Source: Ignavibacteriota bacterium
Lineage (GTDB): Bacteria > Bacteroidota > Ignavibacteria > UBA10030 > UBA6906
NCBI GenBank assembly: GCA_963843525.1
Contig: CAWJKM010000003.1
Location: 477,033-541,032, forward strand
DNA length: 64,000 nucleotides
Direction of reading: 5' to 3'
Numbering within the stretch: position 1 is the stretch's first letter; each line of letters opens with the position of its first letter. The notes under the pieces were generated by a model. It did not search any database. It was not told the DNA's origin and saw only the letters and a program-made list of their open reading frames with translations. The position numbers were made by a program, and so were the translations under genes. This document shows positions 29,831 to 39,904 of the stretch, piece after piece.

Positions 29831-31528
29831 ATGGATCAAATCTTTTTTTCCCGGTGGCGATGCTTGGTAGCAGTCGTCTTCTTTACCGGTTCCTGGGTAA
29901 TACCTTCTACGTACTCGCAAACGAAACAGCCTATTACGATTCCTGACCTTCAGTCGCTAACCCAGGGGACGAAACTCCCTTCGCGCACTTTGGAAACGAA
30001 GCCGGCTGTTCCAGTGGATTCTCCTGTGGACCCCAACGAATATATCGTCGGGCCGGGGGACCAAGTTGCGATCAACGTCTGGTCGAGCTCCCCTGTTGAT
30101 TATCTCCTTACGATATCACCTGAAGGGACATTGCTTCTCCCTAATGTGGGAGTTGTAGATGTTAGGAATCTCTCCCTCGCGGCCGCGAAGGTTAAAGTCA
30201 GAGAAACGCTGGTTCGGAAGTTTGTCAATTCGACGGTGACCGTTACTTTGCAGACTCCACGCAAAGTCATGGTGGACATCTCGGGATTTGTTTTGAATGA
30301 GGGGAAGAAGGAAGTGAGCGCCGTAGAACGAGTCGATCAGCTGATCGCAGAGTGTAATGCCTTGCCGCAGGATCGCATGACGTACGAGGACTATTCACAC
30401 GAAATTCTCCGCTTGCGGCAGGCAGCCTCTGAACGGCGGATCATTATCAGGAGCAGGGATGGAACGACTCGTCGAGCGGATATCCCGCTCTACCGCGGGA
30501 CCGGGATGGGCGCTCTCGATCCCTATCTCCGCGAGGGTGACGTGATCTACGTTCCTGAACGCACGGAAACGGATCTTTCCATCGGTGTCTTTGGTAGCGT
30601 GATGGAATCTGCGAACTTTGAGTATGTTGAGGGGGACAGCCTTACAACCCTTGTTGCGATGTGTCTGGGATTCAGACAGGATTCTGATCCCGAACGCGCT
30701 ATTCTGACAAGGCTCAATGCAGATGGGAAGACCATGGACACCGTGCGGGTGAATCTGAAAGCTGTTATGGCCCACCATTCCCCCGACATCGCACTCCGGC
30801 CGGGAGATCGAGTCGTCATTCCGACCTATCCTCCGAGGCTGCAGGACTTCCGGGTATCGGTCCAAGGAGAGGTTCGCTCCCCCGGGTCGTACCCGATCTC
30901 CCGCAACGGGACCCGCGTATCCGGCATTATTGCGCTTGCGGGAGGGATAACAGATGATGCAAACCTTGGAGCTGCGGTGTTATATCGCCACAGCTATGCC
31001 ACGAGCAATTCCACGGATGCAATCAATCGGGAATTGCTCCTCAGCCAGCGGACGAATCTGGATGTCGAGGACACGGCATCGTACAGAGTGGAGTCCAGCC
31101 TCAGGCTCTCTGACGAGGTTGTTTCGCTGGATTTCAAGAGATTACTCACCAACGGCGACAGCACCCAGGATGCGATTCTACGGAATGGTGATCGTATCGT
31201 TATTCCGGCTGCGACGCGCACCGTGTATGTGTTTGGACAAGTGCGACTGCCGGGCCATATCCCGTTTGTGAACGGCTCGAGTGCAGACGACTACATCGCA
31301 ATGGCTGGGGGGTTTACCGATGAGGCCCGGACCGGTCATGTGAAGGTGATCAAAGCATCGACGCGCCGCTGGCTTGACCCTTCAGAAACCACAGTCGATG
31401 ACGGGGATTTCATCTGGGTTCCGAGAGAGCCCATTCGGCCATTTTCGTATTATATGACCATCTACGCCCAATTAGCCAGTATTGTTGCCGCGATCGCAAC
31501 AGTTGCTCTCCTGGTCAAATCTTTGTAA
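29831..31528 (+). CDS. Polysaccharide export protein (Wza-like; Poly_export plus SLBB repeats, C-terminal TM helix)
   Basis: Signal peptide, then …YIVGPGDQVAINVW…LLLPNVGVVDVRNLSL… (Poly_export motif). Several SLBB-like repeats (…GDRIVIP…, …GDFIWVP…) and a terminal hydrophobic helix. Confidence 0.7.
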   Translation: MDQIFFSRWRCLVAVVFFTGSWVIPSTYSQTKQPITIPDLQSLTQGTKLPSRTLETKPAVPVDSPVDPNEYIVGPGDQVAINVWSSSPVDYLLTISPEGTLLLPNVGVVDVRNLSLAAAKVKVRETLVRKFVNSTVTVTLQTPRKVMVDISGFVLNEGKKEVSAVERVDQLIAECNALPQDRMTYEDYSHEILRLRQAASERRIIIRSRDGTTRRADIPLYRGTGMGALDPYLREGDVIYVPERTETDLSIGVFGSVMESANFEYVEGDSLTTLVAMCLGFRQDSDPERAILTRLNADGKTMDTVRVNLKAVMAHHSPDIALRPGDRVVIPTYPPRLQDFRVSVQGEVRSPGSYPISRNGTRVSGIIALAGGITDDANLGAAVLYRHSYATSNSTDAINRELLLSQRTNLDVEDTASYRVESSLRLSDEVVSLDFKRLLTNGDSTQDAILRNGDRIVIPAATRTVYVFGQVRLPGHIPFVNGSSADDYIAMAGGFTDEARTGHVKVIKASTRRWLDPSETTVDDGDFIWVPREPIRPFSYYMTIYAQLASIVAAIATVALLVKSL

Positions 31529-31630
31529 TTGGTCTTTTGACGCAGTTCCGTGCGTTCTCGGCCGTGTCGCAGAGCTACGAAACTCGCAACGGTGTCACAC
31601 TCTCATTGACCGTTTATCGAATTCGGACTG

Positions 31631-32872
31631 ATGGAACAACAGGTGGAAAAAACAGAAACCCCTTCGGCAATGCTCATCCAGCTTCTGAGTGTATTGACAC
31701 GCTACCGGAGATTCCTTGTCCGCACGGTCGTGGGCTCCACTCTTCTGATAATTGTAATTGCCCTTTTCCTGCCGAAATGGTACAAGTCTTCTGCCTCCGT
31801 TTTCCCGGCAGAGAAAGCCGATCTCTTCGGAGGATTGGAGGGTATCGCGTCGATTGCAAAGTCAATCTCTCCGGCGAAAGCCCTATCGGCTCTTGGTGGC
31901 AATCCCGAGACTGATCGTTACCTCGCGATCCTGAAAAGCGGCACGGTTCTCACCGCTGTAATACAGAAGTTTGACCTGGTTCATGTGTATGATATCACAT
32001 CCTTCCCCGGTGAACAGACGATGAAGGAACTTCTTTCCAACGTGGAATTCACCGTCGAGAGTGAAGGGAACCTTACAATAGTAGTCTATGACAAGAGTCC
32101 GCAGAGAGCAGCGGACATGGCCAACTATTTCGTCGAGATGCTCAACAAGACGAATACCGAACTTCAGGTGCAGAACGCCCGGGGAAACCGGGAGTTCATT
32201 GAGCAACGGTACAAGAAGAATGTTGTCGATCTGGCTGCTGCGGAAGATTCACTGAGGGCCTTCCAGGAGAAATACGGGGTCATTGCATTGCCCGAACAGA
32301 CAGAGGCCGCGGTAAAAGCGGCTGCAGAAATCAGTGCGCAACTTGCCATCAAGGAGGTTCAGCTGAGTGTTCTTCTTCGCACACAAACCAACGACAATCC
32401 CGGGGTCCAGGCATTGCAGGATGAGATTGACGGAATCCGTCACAAGCTTCAGGAAATGAATACGGGGGAGGGAATGTCTGGGGGTGAAAAGGCCGTCTTC
32501 GTTCCTTTCAAGAAGATTCCTTCTCTTGGAGTGGGGTACGTGCGTCGTTTTCGGGATGTTGAAATTCAATATAAGATCCTGCAATTCATCTCACCGCTCT
32601 ATGAACAAGCGAAGGTGGAGGAGCGTCGGCAAACGCCATCGGTGCTCGTCCTGGACAAGGCAGGACCGGCAGAGCGAAAGGCCAAACCCAAGATATCTCT
32701 TTTCGCGTTGCTTGGTTTTGTTGGATCCACGCTACTTTCCCTCCTGATCATTTACCTCATTGAGGCATACAAAAAACTTCAGGCAGCCTACCCCGATCAG
32801 ATGCGGAACATCGTGGAGGTGCTCCGATCAGACTGGTTCGGATTCAAGTTGCGCCGCCGGGAAAGAGTGTGA
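31631..32872 (+). CDS. Wzz-like chain-length determinant (polysaccharide co-polymerase without kinase domain)
   Basis: N-terminal TM helix, a long coiled-coil periplasmic region (…LQVQNARGNREFIEQRYKK…) and a C-terminal TM helix. This is PCP-1/GumC-like topology. Confidence 0.6.
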   Translation: MEQQVEKTETPSAMLIQLLSVLTRYRRFLVRTVVGSTLLIIVIALFLPKWYKSSASVFPAEKADLFGGLEGIASIAKSISPAKALSALGGNPETDRYLAILKSGTVLTAVIQKFDLVHVYDITSFPGEQTMKELLSNVEFTVESEGNLTIVVYDKSPQRAADMANYFVEMLNKTNTELQVQNARGNREFIEQRYKKNVVDLAAAEDSLRAFQEKYGVIALPEQTEAAVKAAAEISAQLAIKEVQLSVLLRTQTNDNPGVQALQDEIDGIRHKLQEMNTGEGMSGGEKAVFVPFKKIPSLGVGYVRRFRDVEIQYKILQFISPLYEQAKVEERRQTPSVLVLDKAGPAERKAKPKISLFALLGFVGSTLLSLLIIYLIEAYKKLQAAYPDQMRNIVEVLRSDWFGFKLRRRERV

Positions 32873-32876
32873 GGCA

Positions 32877-34313
32877 ATGTCCGAAGGCGCTCGGATCAGG
32901 AAGAATTCTTTCTTTGCACTCTCCTCGCAACTTATTCGTTTGCTGACGAATTTTCTCCTTTTCGTAGGGATTGCACGGTACTACGGTGAGGAGGCGTTCG
33001 GGCAATTTACGACTGCACACACGTTGTCGGCAGTGTTCCTCCTGTTTGCCGATTTCGGGTTCGATATGCTCCTCCCGACGGAGATATCTCGAAACCGGCA
33101 CGCCGCCGCCGCCATGGCCCGGAAGTACTTTTCATTCAAGATTCTCTTTGCGCTGCTCGCTACAGTCGGTATGATGGCCCTGCCGCTGGCGCAGGCAATG
33201 TCGCCATCGACAAGAACCCTCGTTGAGATTTTTTCATTCTATGTTCTTCTCTCTTCTCTCAACAACTTCTTTTTCGCACTCTTTAAAGGGTTCGAGGAGT
33301 TTCAGCATGAAACGCGTATCAGCTTGGCAGTCAATGTTGTCCTTCTCACACTTCTGGTCGTGCTGGGCATTGTTCACGCCCCGCTGTACGTCATTGCGCT
33401 GGCTTTTGTCGGCACACGCTTGATTGGCATCGTCTCCTGCTTCTCTATTGCGAAACGTCTTCTCGGTGGCTTTTCGTGGCGGTTCAGCACCGAAGGCTGG
33501 GGAGAAGTGTGGAGGCATGTCGTTGTATTCGGGCTGCAGTTCGTGTTCGGAAACCTTTTCTTTCAGCTTGATACCATCCTGCTGGCGTTCTTACGCGGTG
33601 ATCGTGACGTGGGGGTCTATCAAGCTGTCTTTAAACTCGTGATTTTGACCCTGGTGATACCAGACATTCTGGTCAATACGATGGCGCCGGTCCTTTCCCG
33701 TCTTCATTCCCAGGATCGAGAGACATGGAATCGTGTCGGACGACTGCTGAATAAAACGCTCTCACTCCTTGCCCTGCCGATCGCTCTCGTGCTGTTTATC
33801 TTTCCTGATCAGCTCGTCAATTTGATCTACGGTCCGACAGCATTTCGCCAATCGATCCCAATTCTGCGGATCTTCGCCTGCACGATCCTCATTCGCTTCG
33901 AGGTGGAAGCGTACGCTCTGACGCTGACCACGTCGCATCGACAGGCGTCACGGCTCATGGTCGTCATCATTGGTACCTTGACAAATATCGCTCTGAACGT
34001 GTTCGCAATACCAGCGTACGGTCCGATTGGAGCCGCATTCGTCTCCCTCTTCACCAATCTGCTGGTGGGGATTGGCTACGTCGTGACCTCTAAGCAATCT
34101 GTTCTTGAATGGACCTTCAATCCCCGGATTCTTGTCGTCTCTGGATTTGGATTGTGCGCTGCTGCGGGGCTTTGGCAAGTGCGGAACATCTCGATGTTCT
34201 ATACCGTTCCCGTGCTGGTTGCGTTCTATGGCGGTCTTCTGTATTTCGTCGGATTCACTCGCGATGAATGGTCACTTTTCCTCACTGGCAAACGTCGCTC
34301 TTCCCTCGTGTGA
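32877..34313 (+). CDS. Wzx-type flippase (polysaccharide biosynthesis protein, MOP superfamily)
   Basis: …ALSSQLIRLLTNFLLFVGIARYYG…FGQF… is the classic Wzx N-terminus, with about 12 TM helices. Internal ATG at 32877 chosen directly after the upstream stop. Confidence 0.7.
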   Translation: MSEGARIRKNSFFALSSQLIRLLTNFLLFVGIARYYGEEAFGQFTTAHTLSAVFLLFADFGFDMLLPTEISRNRHAAAAMARKYFSFKILFALLATVGMMALPLAQAMSPSTRTLVEIFSFYVLLSSLNNFFFALFKGFEEFQHETRISLAVNVVLLTLLVVLGIVHAPLYVIALAFVGTRLIGIVSCFSIAKRLLGGFSWRFSTEGWGEVWRHVVVFGLQFVFGNLFFQLDTILLAFLRGDRDVGVYQAVFKLVILTLVIPDILVNTMAPVLSRLHSQDRETWNRVGRLLNKTLSLLALPIALVLFIFPDQLVNLIYGPTAFRQSIPILRIFACTILIRFEVEAYALTLTTSHRQASRLMVVIIGTLTNIALNVFAIPAYGPIGAAFVSLFTNLLVGIGYVVTSKQSVLEWTFNPRILVVSGFGLCAAAGLWQVRNISMFYTVPVLVAFYGGLLYFVGFTRDEWSLFLTGKRRSSLV

Positions 34314-34337
34314 GCGCCTAAAAAGCAGGAGCGGAAT

Positions 34338-35618
34338 ATGACGATGGCATCCTGGGCCTGCTTTCTGGCGGGAGGTCTGATCCTCACCGAAACTTTCGTC
34401 CTTCGCAGGGATCTCCTCTCACCCGGCCGGCTCTTTTCCGTTCTCTGGTTTCTGGTAATCGGCTTGACCGATTTGAAGTTGAGTCGCTTTCAACATGAGT
34501 GGAGTGCTGAGGCATGGGTCTATGTCCTTCTCGGGCCATGTTCCTTCCTCCTGGGCATTTTCATCGCTTATGTTGTTCACATGAATAAGCCCCTGCTGAC
34601 AGTGCGGGAAATGCGGAACACCTGGAGAAACCAGATTGTCATTGAGCCGCGACTCTTTGTGAGCGTCGTTGTCGCTTTCTTGTTGTTCGTCGGCGCCTTC
34701 CTGTTCATTCGTTACGTCAAAGGCGTGCCAGCTCCGCTCTTCAGCAAAACTCCAGGGATTACCAGGGCCGAGTTTACGGTTTTCGGTCTGGGGCTGTTTC
34801 TTCACAACGTGGTTATCATACTGTTCTTCACGGTGACCTATCACCTCCTGGTGCGGGGGAACAATTCGAGAAAGTGGATTCTAAAGATCCTGTCAGGGGT
34901 ATCGGTCATTCTGTATTTCTTCTTGCTGCAACGCTTCGAACTGTTCCTTACCATCGTCGCCTGCACAGTCCTGCTGCACTATGCAACTCATCGTTTACGT
35001 CCAAGAGTTGTAGTCTTGTATTCGTCCTTCATCGTGCTCCTGTTTTATTGGGTCTCGACCCTCCGGTCGGGATTGGGTCTGTTTATCTACTACCTCTATC
35101 AAGATTCGCGAATGCGGTTCCCCCCAAAGTTTGCCATTCTCACGGAGCCGTACATGTACATTGCCATGAATCTGGAGAATTTTGCGCGAGGAGTTGAGAA
35201 GATACAAAGCCACACGTTCGGGTACTATTCTTTTGATTTCCTCCTCGCGGTCACGGGTCTCAAACACCCACTCGCGACATATTTTGGACTGGATGACACT
35301 CCCTTCCTTATCAGCGGATATAACACCTATTCAGGTTTCTGGGTGTACGAAAGAGATTTTGGCATCCTCGGTGTCGTCTTCATTCCGGTTCTTCTCGGAC
35401 TAGGCGCCGGCTGGCTCTACTACGCTCTTCGCCGGACTCCGACCCTATATAATCTGGGACTCTATGGCTTGGCGGTGTTCGCAATCCTGTTCTCGTTCTT
35501 TAATAATCCACTCTCCTTTCTCTGGTTCATGTACACGGTCGCAGGAATGATCGTCATTATTCGTTTCGTTCAGGGTTCGACGAAACGGGAGGCCCGTCTC
35601 GGGGAGGTGCCGGAGTGA
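34338..35618 (+). CDS. Polytopic membrane protein, putative repeat-unit polymerase (Wzy-like)
   Basis: About 11-12 predicted TM helices with a larger loop between late helices. Its position between a flippase and GT4 genes suggests Wzy; no diagnostic motif verified. Confidence 0.45.
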   Translation: MTMASWACFLAGGLILTETFVLRRDLLSPGRLFSVLWFLVIGLTDLKLSRFQHEWSAEAWVYVLLGPCSFLLGIFIAYVVHMNKPLLTVREMRNTWRNQIVIEPRLFVSVVVAFLLFVGAFLFIRYVKGVPAPLFSKTPGITRAEFTVFGLGLFLHNVVIILFFTVTYHLLVRGNNSRKWILKILSGVSVILYFFLLQRFELFLTIVACTVLLHYATHRLRPRVVVLYSSFIVLLFYWVSTLRSGLGLFIYYLYQDSRMRFPPKFAILTEPYMYIAMNLENFARGVEKIQSHTFGYYSFDFLLAVTGLKHPLATYFGLDDTPFLISGYNTYSGFWVYERDFGILGVVFIPVLLGLGAGWLYYALRRTPTLYNLGLYGLAVFAILFSFFNNPLSFLWFMYTVAGMIVIIRFVQGSTKREARLGEVPE

Positions 35619-36721
35619 AGGTGGCAATCGATGGAACAGAGGGCTACCTGTCACAGCTGACGGGAACCGGTGTGTACGTCCGGGGGTTTGTCCGTGAACT
35701 GCTCGCGATGAATTCCGGCTTCGACTTCACTGTTCTCGGGATCCGTTCTGCAGGGAATGAAACGAACCATGTAGTTCCGGAGTCGCGATTGCTGCTGCGC
35801 TCGTCGCAAATCCGGACACTCTGGTCCCAGTTTCGACTTCCTCTCCATCTCGTCGGTCATCGGTACGATCTCTTGCATATGCCGGACCACAAACTCCCTC
35901 GCTTGGTTCCGTGCCGTGCAGTGATCACGGTCCATGATTTGGCCTTCATGAGGTTTCCTGAAACCTTCTCACCGGCGCATTTGCGACGACTGCTGTGGTT
36001 TACGCGAGATTCTGTGAGACGGGCTGACCATATTATCGCGGTGTCAGATGCCACCCGCAAGGATTTGCTCGAGTTGTTGGAAGTGGAATCGGAGAAAATA
36101 TCCGTCGTGCCTCATGGTGTCGATCCTACAGTGTTTTTCCCGGGGCCAGAATCTCCGCGCACGAAAGTCCAGTATATTTTGAGCGTCGGCGCGCTCCAGC
36201 CTCGGAAGAACTATATCATGCTTATCCGAGCGTTCAACAACCTGTGCAGCCGGGAGCATAAGCGAATTGATCTTGTCATCGTGGGCCAACGAGGTTGGCT
36301 CTGGGAACCCATCGAACGTGAGGCACGCCAGGGACCATTTGCGGATCGCATTCACTTGGAGGGGTATGTAACCGAGCAGAAGCTCCGATCCTTTTATACT
36401 CACGCAACCATGGTTGCGATGCCGTCGAAGTACGAAGGGTTCGGGATTCCACTTCTCGAAGCAATGGCGTGCGGAACTCCTGTCCTTGCCGCGAATGTAT
36501 CATCGTTCCCTGAGGTCATCGGTGACGCAGGCATCCTGCTCGACGCTGACAAACAGGATGGATGGACGGAGGCAATGGGACGACTTCTGCACAACGATGA
36601 AGAACGACGTGTGCTGCGTGAAAAAGGACTTCGCCGGGTGCAAGCGTTCTCCTGGAAGAATACGGCGGAAAAGACACTTTCCGTCTACCGAAGCATTCTT
36701 GCCCGTCCGATGCGACCATGA
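35615..36721 (+). CDS. Glycosyltransferase family 4
   Basis: …[33 protein letters not shown]… is the GT4 C-terminal motif. GTG start overlaps the upstream stop. Confidence 0.75.
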   Translation: MKVAIDGTEGYLSQLTGTGVYVRGFVRELLAMNSGFDFTVLGIRSAGNETNHVVPESRLLLRSSQIRTLWSQFRLPLHLVGHRYDLLHMPDHKLPRLVPCRAVITVHDLAFMRFPETFSPAHLRRLLWFTRDSVRRADHIIAVSDATRKDLLELLEVESEKISVVPHGVDPTVFFPGPESPRTKVQYILSVGALQPRKNYIMLIRAFNNLCSREHKRIDLVIVGQRGWLWEPIEREARQGPFADRIHLEGYVTEQKLRSFYTHATMVAMPSKYEGFGIPLLEAMACGTPVLAANVSSFPEVIGDAGILLDADKQDGWTEAMGRLLHNDEERRVLREKGLRRVQAFSWKNTAEKTLSVYRSILARPMRP

Positions 36722-37779
36722 AGATTCTCCTCCTCAGCCGGTACGGTTCACTCGGTGCAAGCAGCCGGTATCGGAGCTACCAATACCTGCCTTATCTTCG
36801 GTCGCGCGGATTGGAGATCACGGTTGCCCCCCTCCTCGGGAATGAATACCTGAGACGCCTCTACAACGGAGAGAGCTTGGATATCCGTGATATCGTCTCC
36901 TCCTACGGTCGTCGGATAGTCAGACTCCGCAGGAGAGCGCGCCACCAGCTTATCTGGATCGAGTATGAAGCGCTTCCGTGGTTGCCATCGATTGTGGAAT
37001 CATTGGTCGTGGGGACGGATATCCCCTATGTTGTCGACTACGATGATGCAGTCTTTCACCGGTATGACCTTCATCGTTCGATCGTTGTGCGGGCACTTCT
37101 CAAGAGGAAGATCGACTCCGTCATGCGGAAGGCACGCGTCGTGATTGCTGGCAACCGTTATCTAGCCGATCGTGCATTCTCTGCGGGGGCGAGCAGAATA
37201 GAGATTATCCCTTCGGTCGTCGATCTTGATTGCTACCCGCTCTCACCGAAGGAAGATCGATCCGGATTTACCATAGGGTGGATTGGCAGTCCGTCCACGC
37301 AGCATTATTTGACGGGGATCCAACTCGCCCTCGACGACATATGCCGGGATCCGCTCACGCGTGTCGTTGCCATCGGGGCACGGTCGACACCCGGACTCCC
37401 TGCAGCAGTCACGGTGCGGCCTTGGAGTGCGGCGGAAGAACTTCACGAACTGCAGCAGTTTGACGTCGGGATCATGCCGTTAATCGATTCGGAATGGGAA
37501 CGTGGGAAGTGCGGGCACAAACTGATCAAGTACATGGCATGTGCACTGCCTGTTGTCGCTTCCCCGGTCGGTGTCAACGGCGAAATCGTTTCTAACGGGA
37601 GAAACGGCATCCTGGCAGGGACCAGCGAAGAATGGAGCGCTGCGCTCATGACGTTGAAGCAGGACTCCTCGCTCAGGAATACAATGGGGTTGGAGGGAAG
37701 GAGAATCGTCGAAGAGAAGTATTGTACGGCAGTCACAGGTCCCCGACTATTTGGCGTGCTCACCGAGGCGGCCTCCTAA
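36718..37779 (+). CDS. Glycosyltransferase, GT1-fold (group 1)
   Basis: Two Rossmann halves with …GHKLIKYMACALPVVASPVGVNGEIV…. ATG overlaps the upstream stop. Confidence 0.7.
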   Translation: MKILLLSRYGSLGASSRYRSYQYLPYLRSRGLEITVAPLLGNEYLRRLYNGESLDIRDIVSSYGRRIVRLRRRARHQLIWIEYEALPWLPSIVESLVVGTDIPYVVDYDDAVFHRYDLHRSIVVRALLKRKIDSVMRKARVVIAGNRYLADRAFSAGASRIEIIPSVVDLDCYPLSPKEDRSGFTIGWIGSPSTQHYLTGIQLALDDICRDPLTRVVAIGARSTPGLPAAVTVRPWSAAEELHELQQFDVGIMPLIDSEWERGKCGHKLIKYMACALPVVASPVGVNGEIVSNGRNGILAGTSEEWSAALMTLKQDSSLRNTMGLEGRRIVEEKYCTAVTGPRLFGVLTEAAS

Positions 37780-37809
37780 ACTTATTATCAGATCGAACGG
37801 AATGTGACC

Positions 37810-39702
37810 ATGTGCGGAGTGTTTGGAGTGGTTTCGCGAAATCCGGATCATTTTCTTTACGTTGACCGGCAGCTTGACATGATTACCCATCGGGGTCCCG
37901 ATGAGGAAGGCAAATGGAGAGGCGATGGAGTCTTCCTGGGGAGTCGGCGACTGAGCATCATTGATCTCAAAGGAGGCAATCAGCCTATATTTAACGAAGA
38001 CTCCACTCTCTGCATTGTTTACAATGGTGAGCTGTATAATTTTCTGGATTTGCGCCCGGAGTTGATTTCCCTGGGGCATGTCTTCCGCACGCGTTCAGAC
38101 ACAGAGGTCATTCTCCACGCCTTTGAGGAGTGGGGAGACGAATGTCTCCGGCGGTTCAACGGAATGTTTGCATTTGCTATTTGGGATACCGAAAGAAGAC
38201 GACTGTTTATTGCACGGGATCGCGTAGGGGAGAAACCGCTCTACTATTTCTCAGACCCTCATCGATTTGTATTCGCCTCCGAGATTAAGTCGATTGTTGC
38301 GGACCCCTCCGTCGCGCGGCAGGTTAACCCACGCGGTATCGCGAATTTCTTTACGTATGGTCACGGGATCGGTCCCGATACAATGTTCAATCATATCTTC
38401 AAGCTTCTCCCAGGACATTTTCTCAGTCTGGAGAACGGGAAGGTCCATACGGTTCAATATTGGGACGTCGGTGACGAGACAACGGGGGAAATGCGTTCGA
38501 ACGTCCGGGAAGATGATTACATCCGCCAGATTCGTGATCTTCTCGATGATGCTGTCCGTCGACGAATGATAGCCGATGTACCGGTTGGAGCGTTTCTAAG
38601 TGGCGGCGTTGACTCGACTGCAGTTGTCGCGTTGATGCGAAGCCATGCCACGGGGCCCGTCAAAACGTTTTCTCTGGGGTTTAAGATCGGCGGAGCGTAC
38701 AACGAGCTCTCAGATGCACGTCGCGCTGCGACGTACCTGGGGACCGAACACCACGAATTGGAAGTTGACCATGTAGACATGATCGGGACGTTGGAGAAAC
38801 TCGTGTATTCGTACGATGAGCCGTTTGGCGACGCCGCTAACTTTCCTCTCTATCTGCTCAGCGCTTTTGCGAGGAAGCACGTGACGGTGGTTCTGGCAGG
38901 GGAGGGAGGGGACGAACTCTTCGGTGGGTATCGTCGATATGTCGCAGACGGTCTCGCGCCTTGGTATCAACATCTTCCCGCCTTCGTTTCCGCCGTGCTT
39001 CCACAGCTCGCCGGCTCCATCCCGCGTCTCCGACGTATCAAGCGGATCCTCCGCACTCTGCCGATCAAGGATCCGGCGTTGCGCTACTCCGCATGGCTCG
39101 AAGTATTCAACCAAGAGATGTTACACAACCTCCTCGTCCCGAGTATTATCAATGAGCTTGGGAGTTATGACCCCCGATGGCAATATTCTCGGTACTACTA
39201 TCGAAATCTTTCTGGGGGGACCGTTCCCGATCATTTGAACCGAATCATGTACGTGGATTTCAAAACATGGCTCCCCGATACATTCATGGAGAAGGTTGAC
39301 AAAGCGACGATGGCATGCAGCCTTGAGGGTAGACTTCCCATTCTGGATCACCGTCTTGTCGAACTCGCCTACCGAATTCCTGGTTCGTTCAAAATCCGCG
39401 GGATATCGACAAAGCGGATCCTCAAACGGGCGGTCAGAGATCTTGTTCCCAAGGAAGTCTTGACAAAAAGAAAGCACGGCTTTGCTGTCCCGACGGATCC
39501 ATGGTTTCGTGGTCCACTCAAAGAGTACGTTTTTGAGACACTCATGGATGAAAGAACAAGACGTAGAGGTTACTTCAATTTTGCTTATATTGAAAAGCTG
39601 TATAAGAAGCACCGTGATGGCGAGGAAGTCTTTGACGTTCCCCTCTGGCTGCTGTTGAATTTTGAGATCTGGAACAGGCTGTACATTGACCAAACCGTTT
39701 GA
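37810..39702 (+). CDS. asnB: Asparagine synthase (glutamine-hydrolysing) family amidotransferase (WbpS-like)
   Basis: MCGVFGV… (Cys2 Ntn nucleophile), an …SGGVDSTAVVALM… PP-loop and the correct length. ATG at 37810 preferred to the GTG 6 nt upstream. Confidence 0.85.
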   Translation: MCGVFGVVSRNPDHFLYVDRQLDMITHRGPDEEGKWRGDGVFLGSRRLSIIDLKGGNQPIFNEDSTLCIVYNGELYNFLDLRPELISLGHVFRTRSDTEVILHAFEEWGDECLRRFNGMFAFAIWDTERRRLFIARDRVGEKPLYYFSDPHRFVFASEIKSIVADPSVARQVNPRGIANFFTYGHGIGPDTMFNHIFKLLPGHFLSLENGKVHTVQYWDVGDETTGEMRSNVREDDYIRQIRDLLDDAVRRRMIADVPVGAFLSGGVDSTAVVALMRSHATGPVKTFSLGFKIGGAYNELSDARRAATYLGTEHHELEVDHVDMIGTLEKLVYSYDEPFGDAANFPLYLLSAFARKHVTVVLAGEGGDELFGGYRRYVADGLAPWYQHLPAFVSAVLPQLAGSIPRLRRIKRILRTLPIKDPALRYSAWLEVFNQEMLHNLLVPSIINELGSYDPRWQYSRYYYRNLSGGTVPDHLNRIMYVDFKTWLPDTFMEKVDKATMACSLEGRLPILDHRLVELAYRIPGSFKIRGISTKRILKRAVRDLVPKEVLTKRKHGFAVPTDPWFRGPLKEYVFETLMDERTRRRGYFNFAYIEKLYKKHRDGEEVFDVPLWLLLNFEIWNRLYIDQTV

Positions 39703-39904
39703 AGACCTGTGAGAAAATTTGAAACGGCAGACCTACCGCCTCAAGAAGAAGACCGGTGGATTCCCCCGCCTTGTGGAACCCTTGGCCAAACAAATTTCCG
39801 ATTCCTTTCCTCTGGAGCACTTCGCGAAACAGAAGCGTTCGACACTCATTCCCGGGGGTAATGGGAGAGCGAAAGAATAGTTGCGGTCGCTGGACCCCCT
39901 TATC

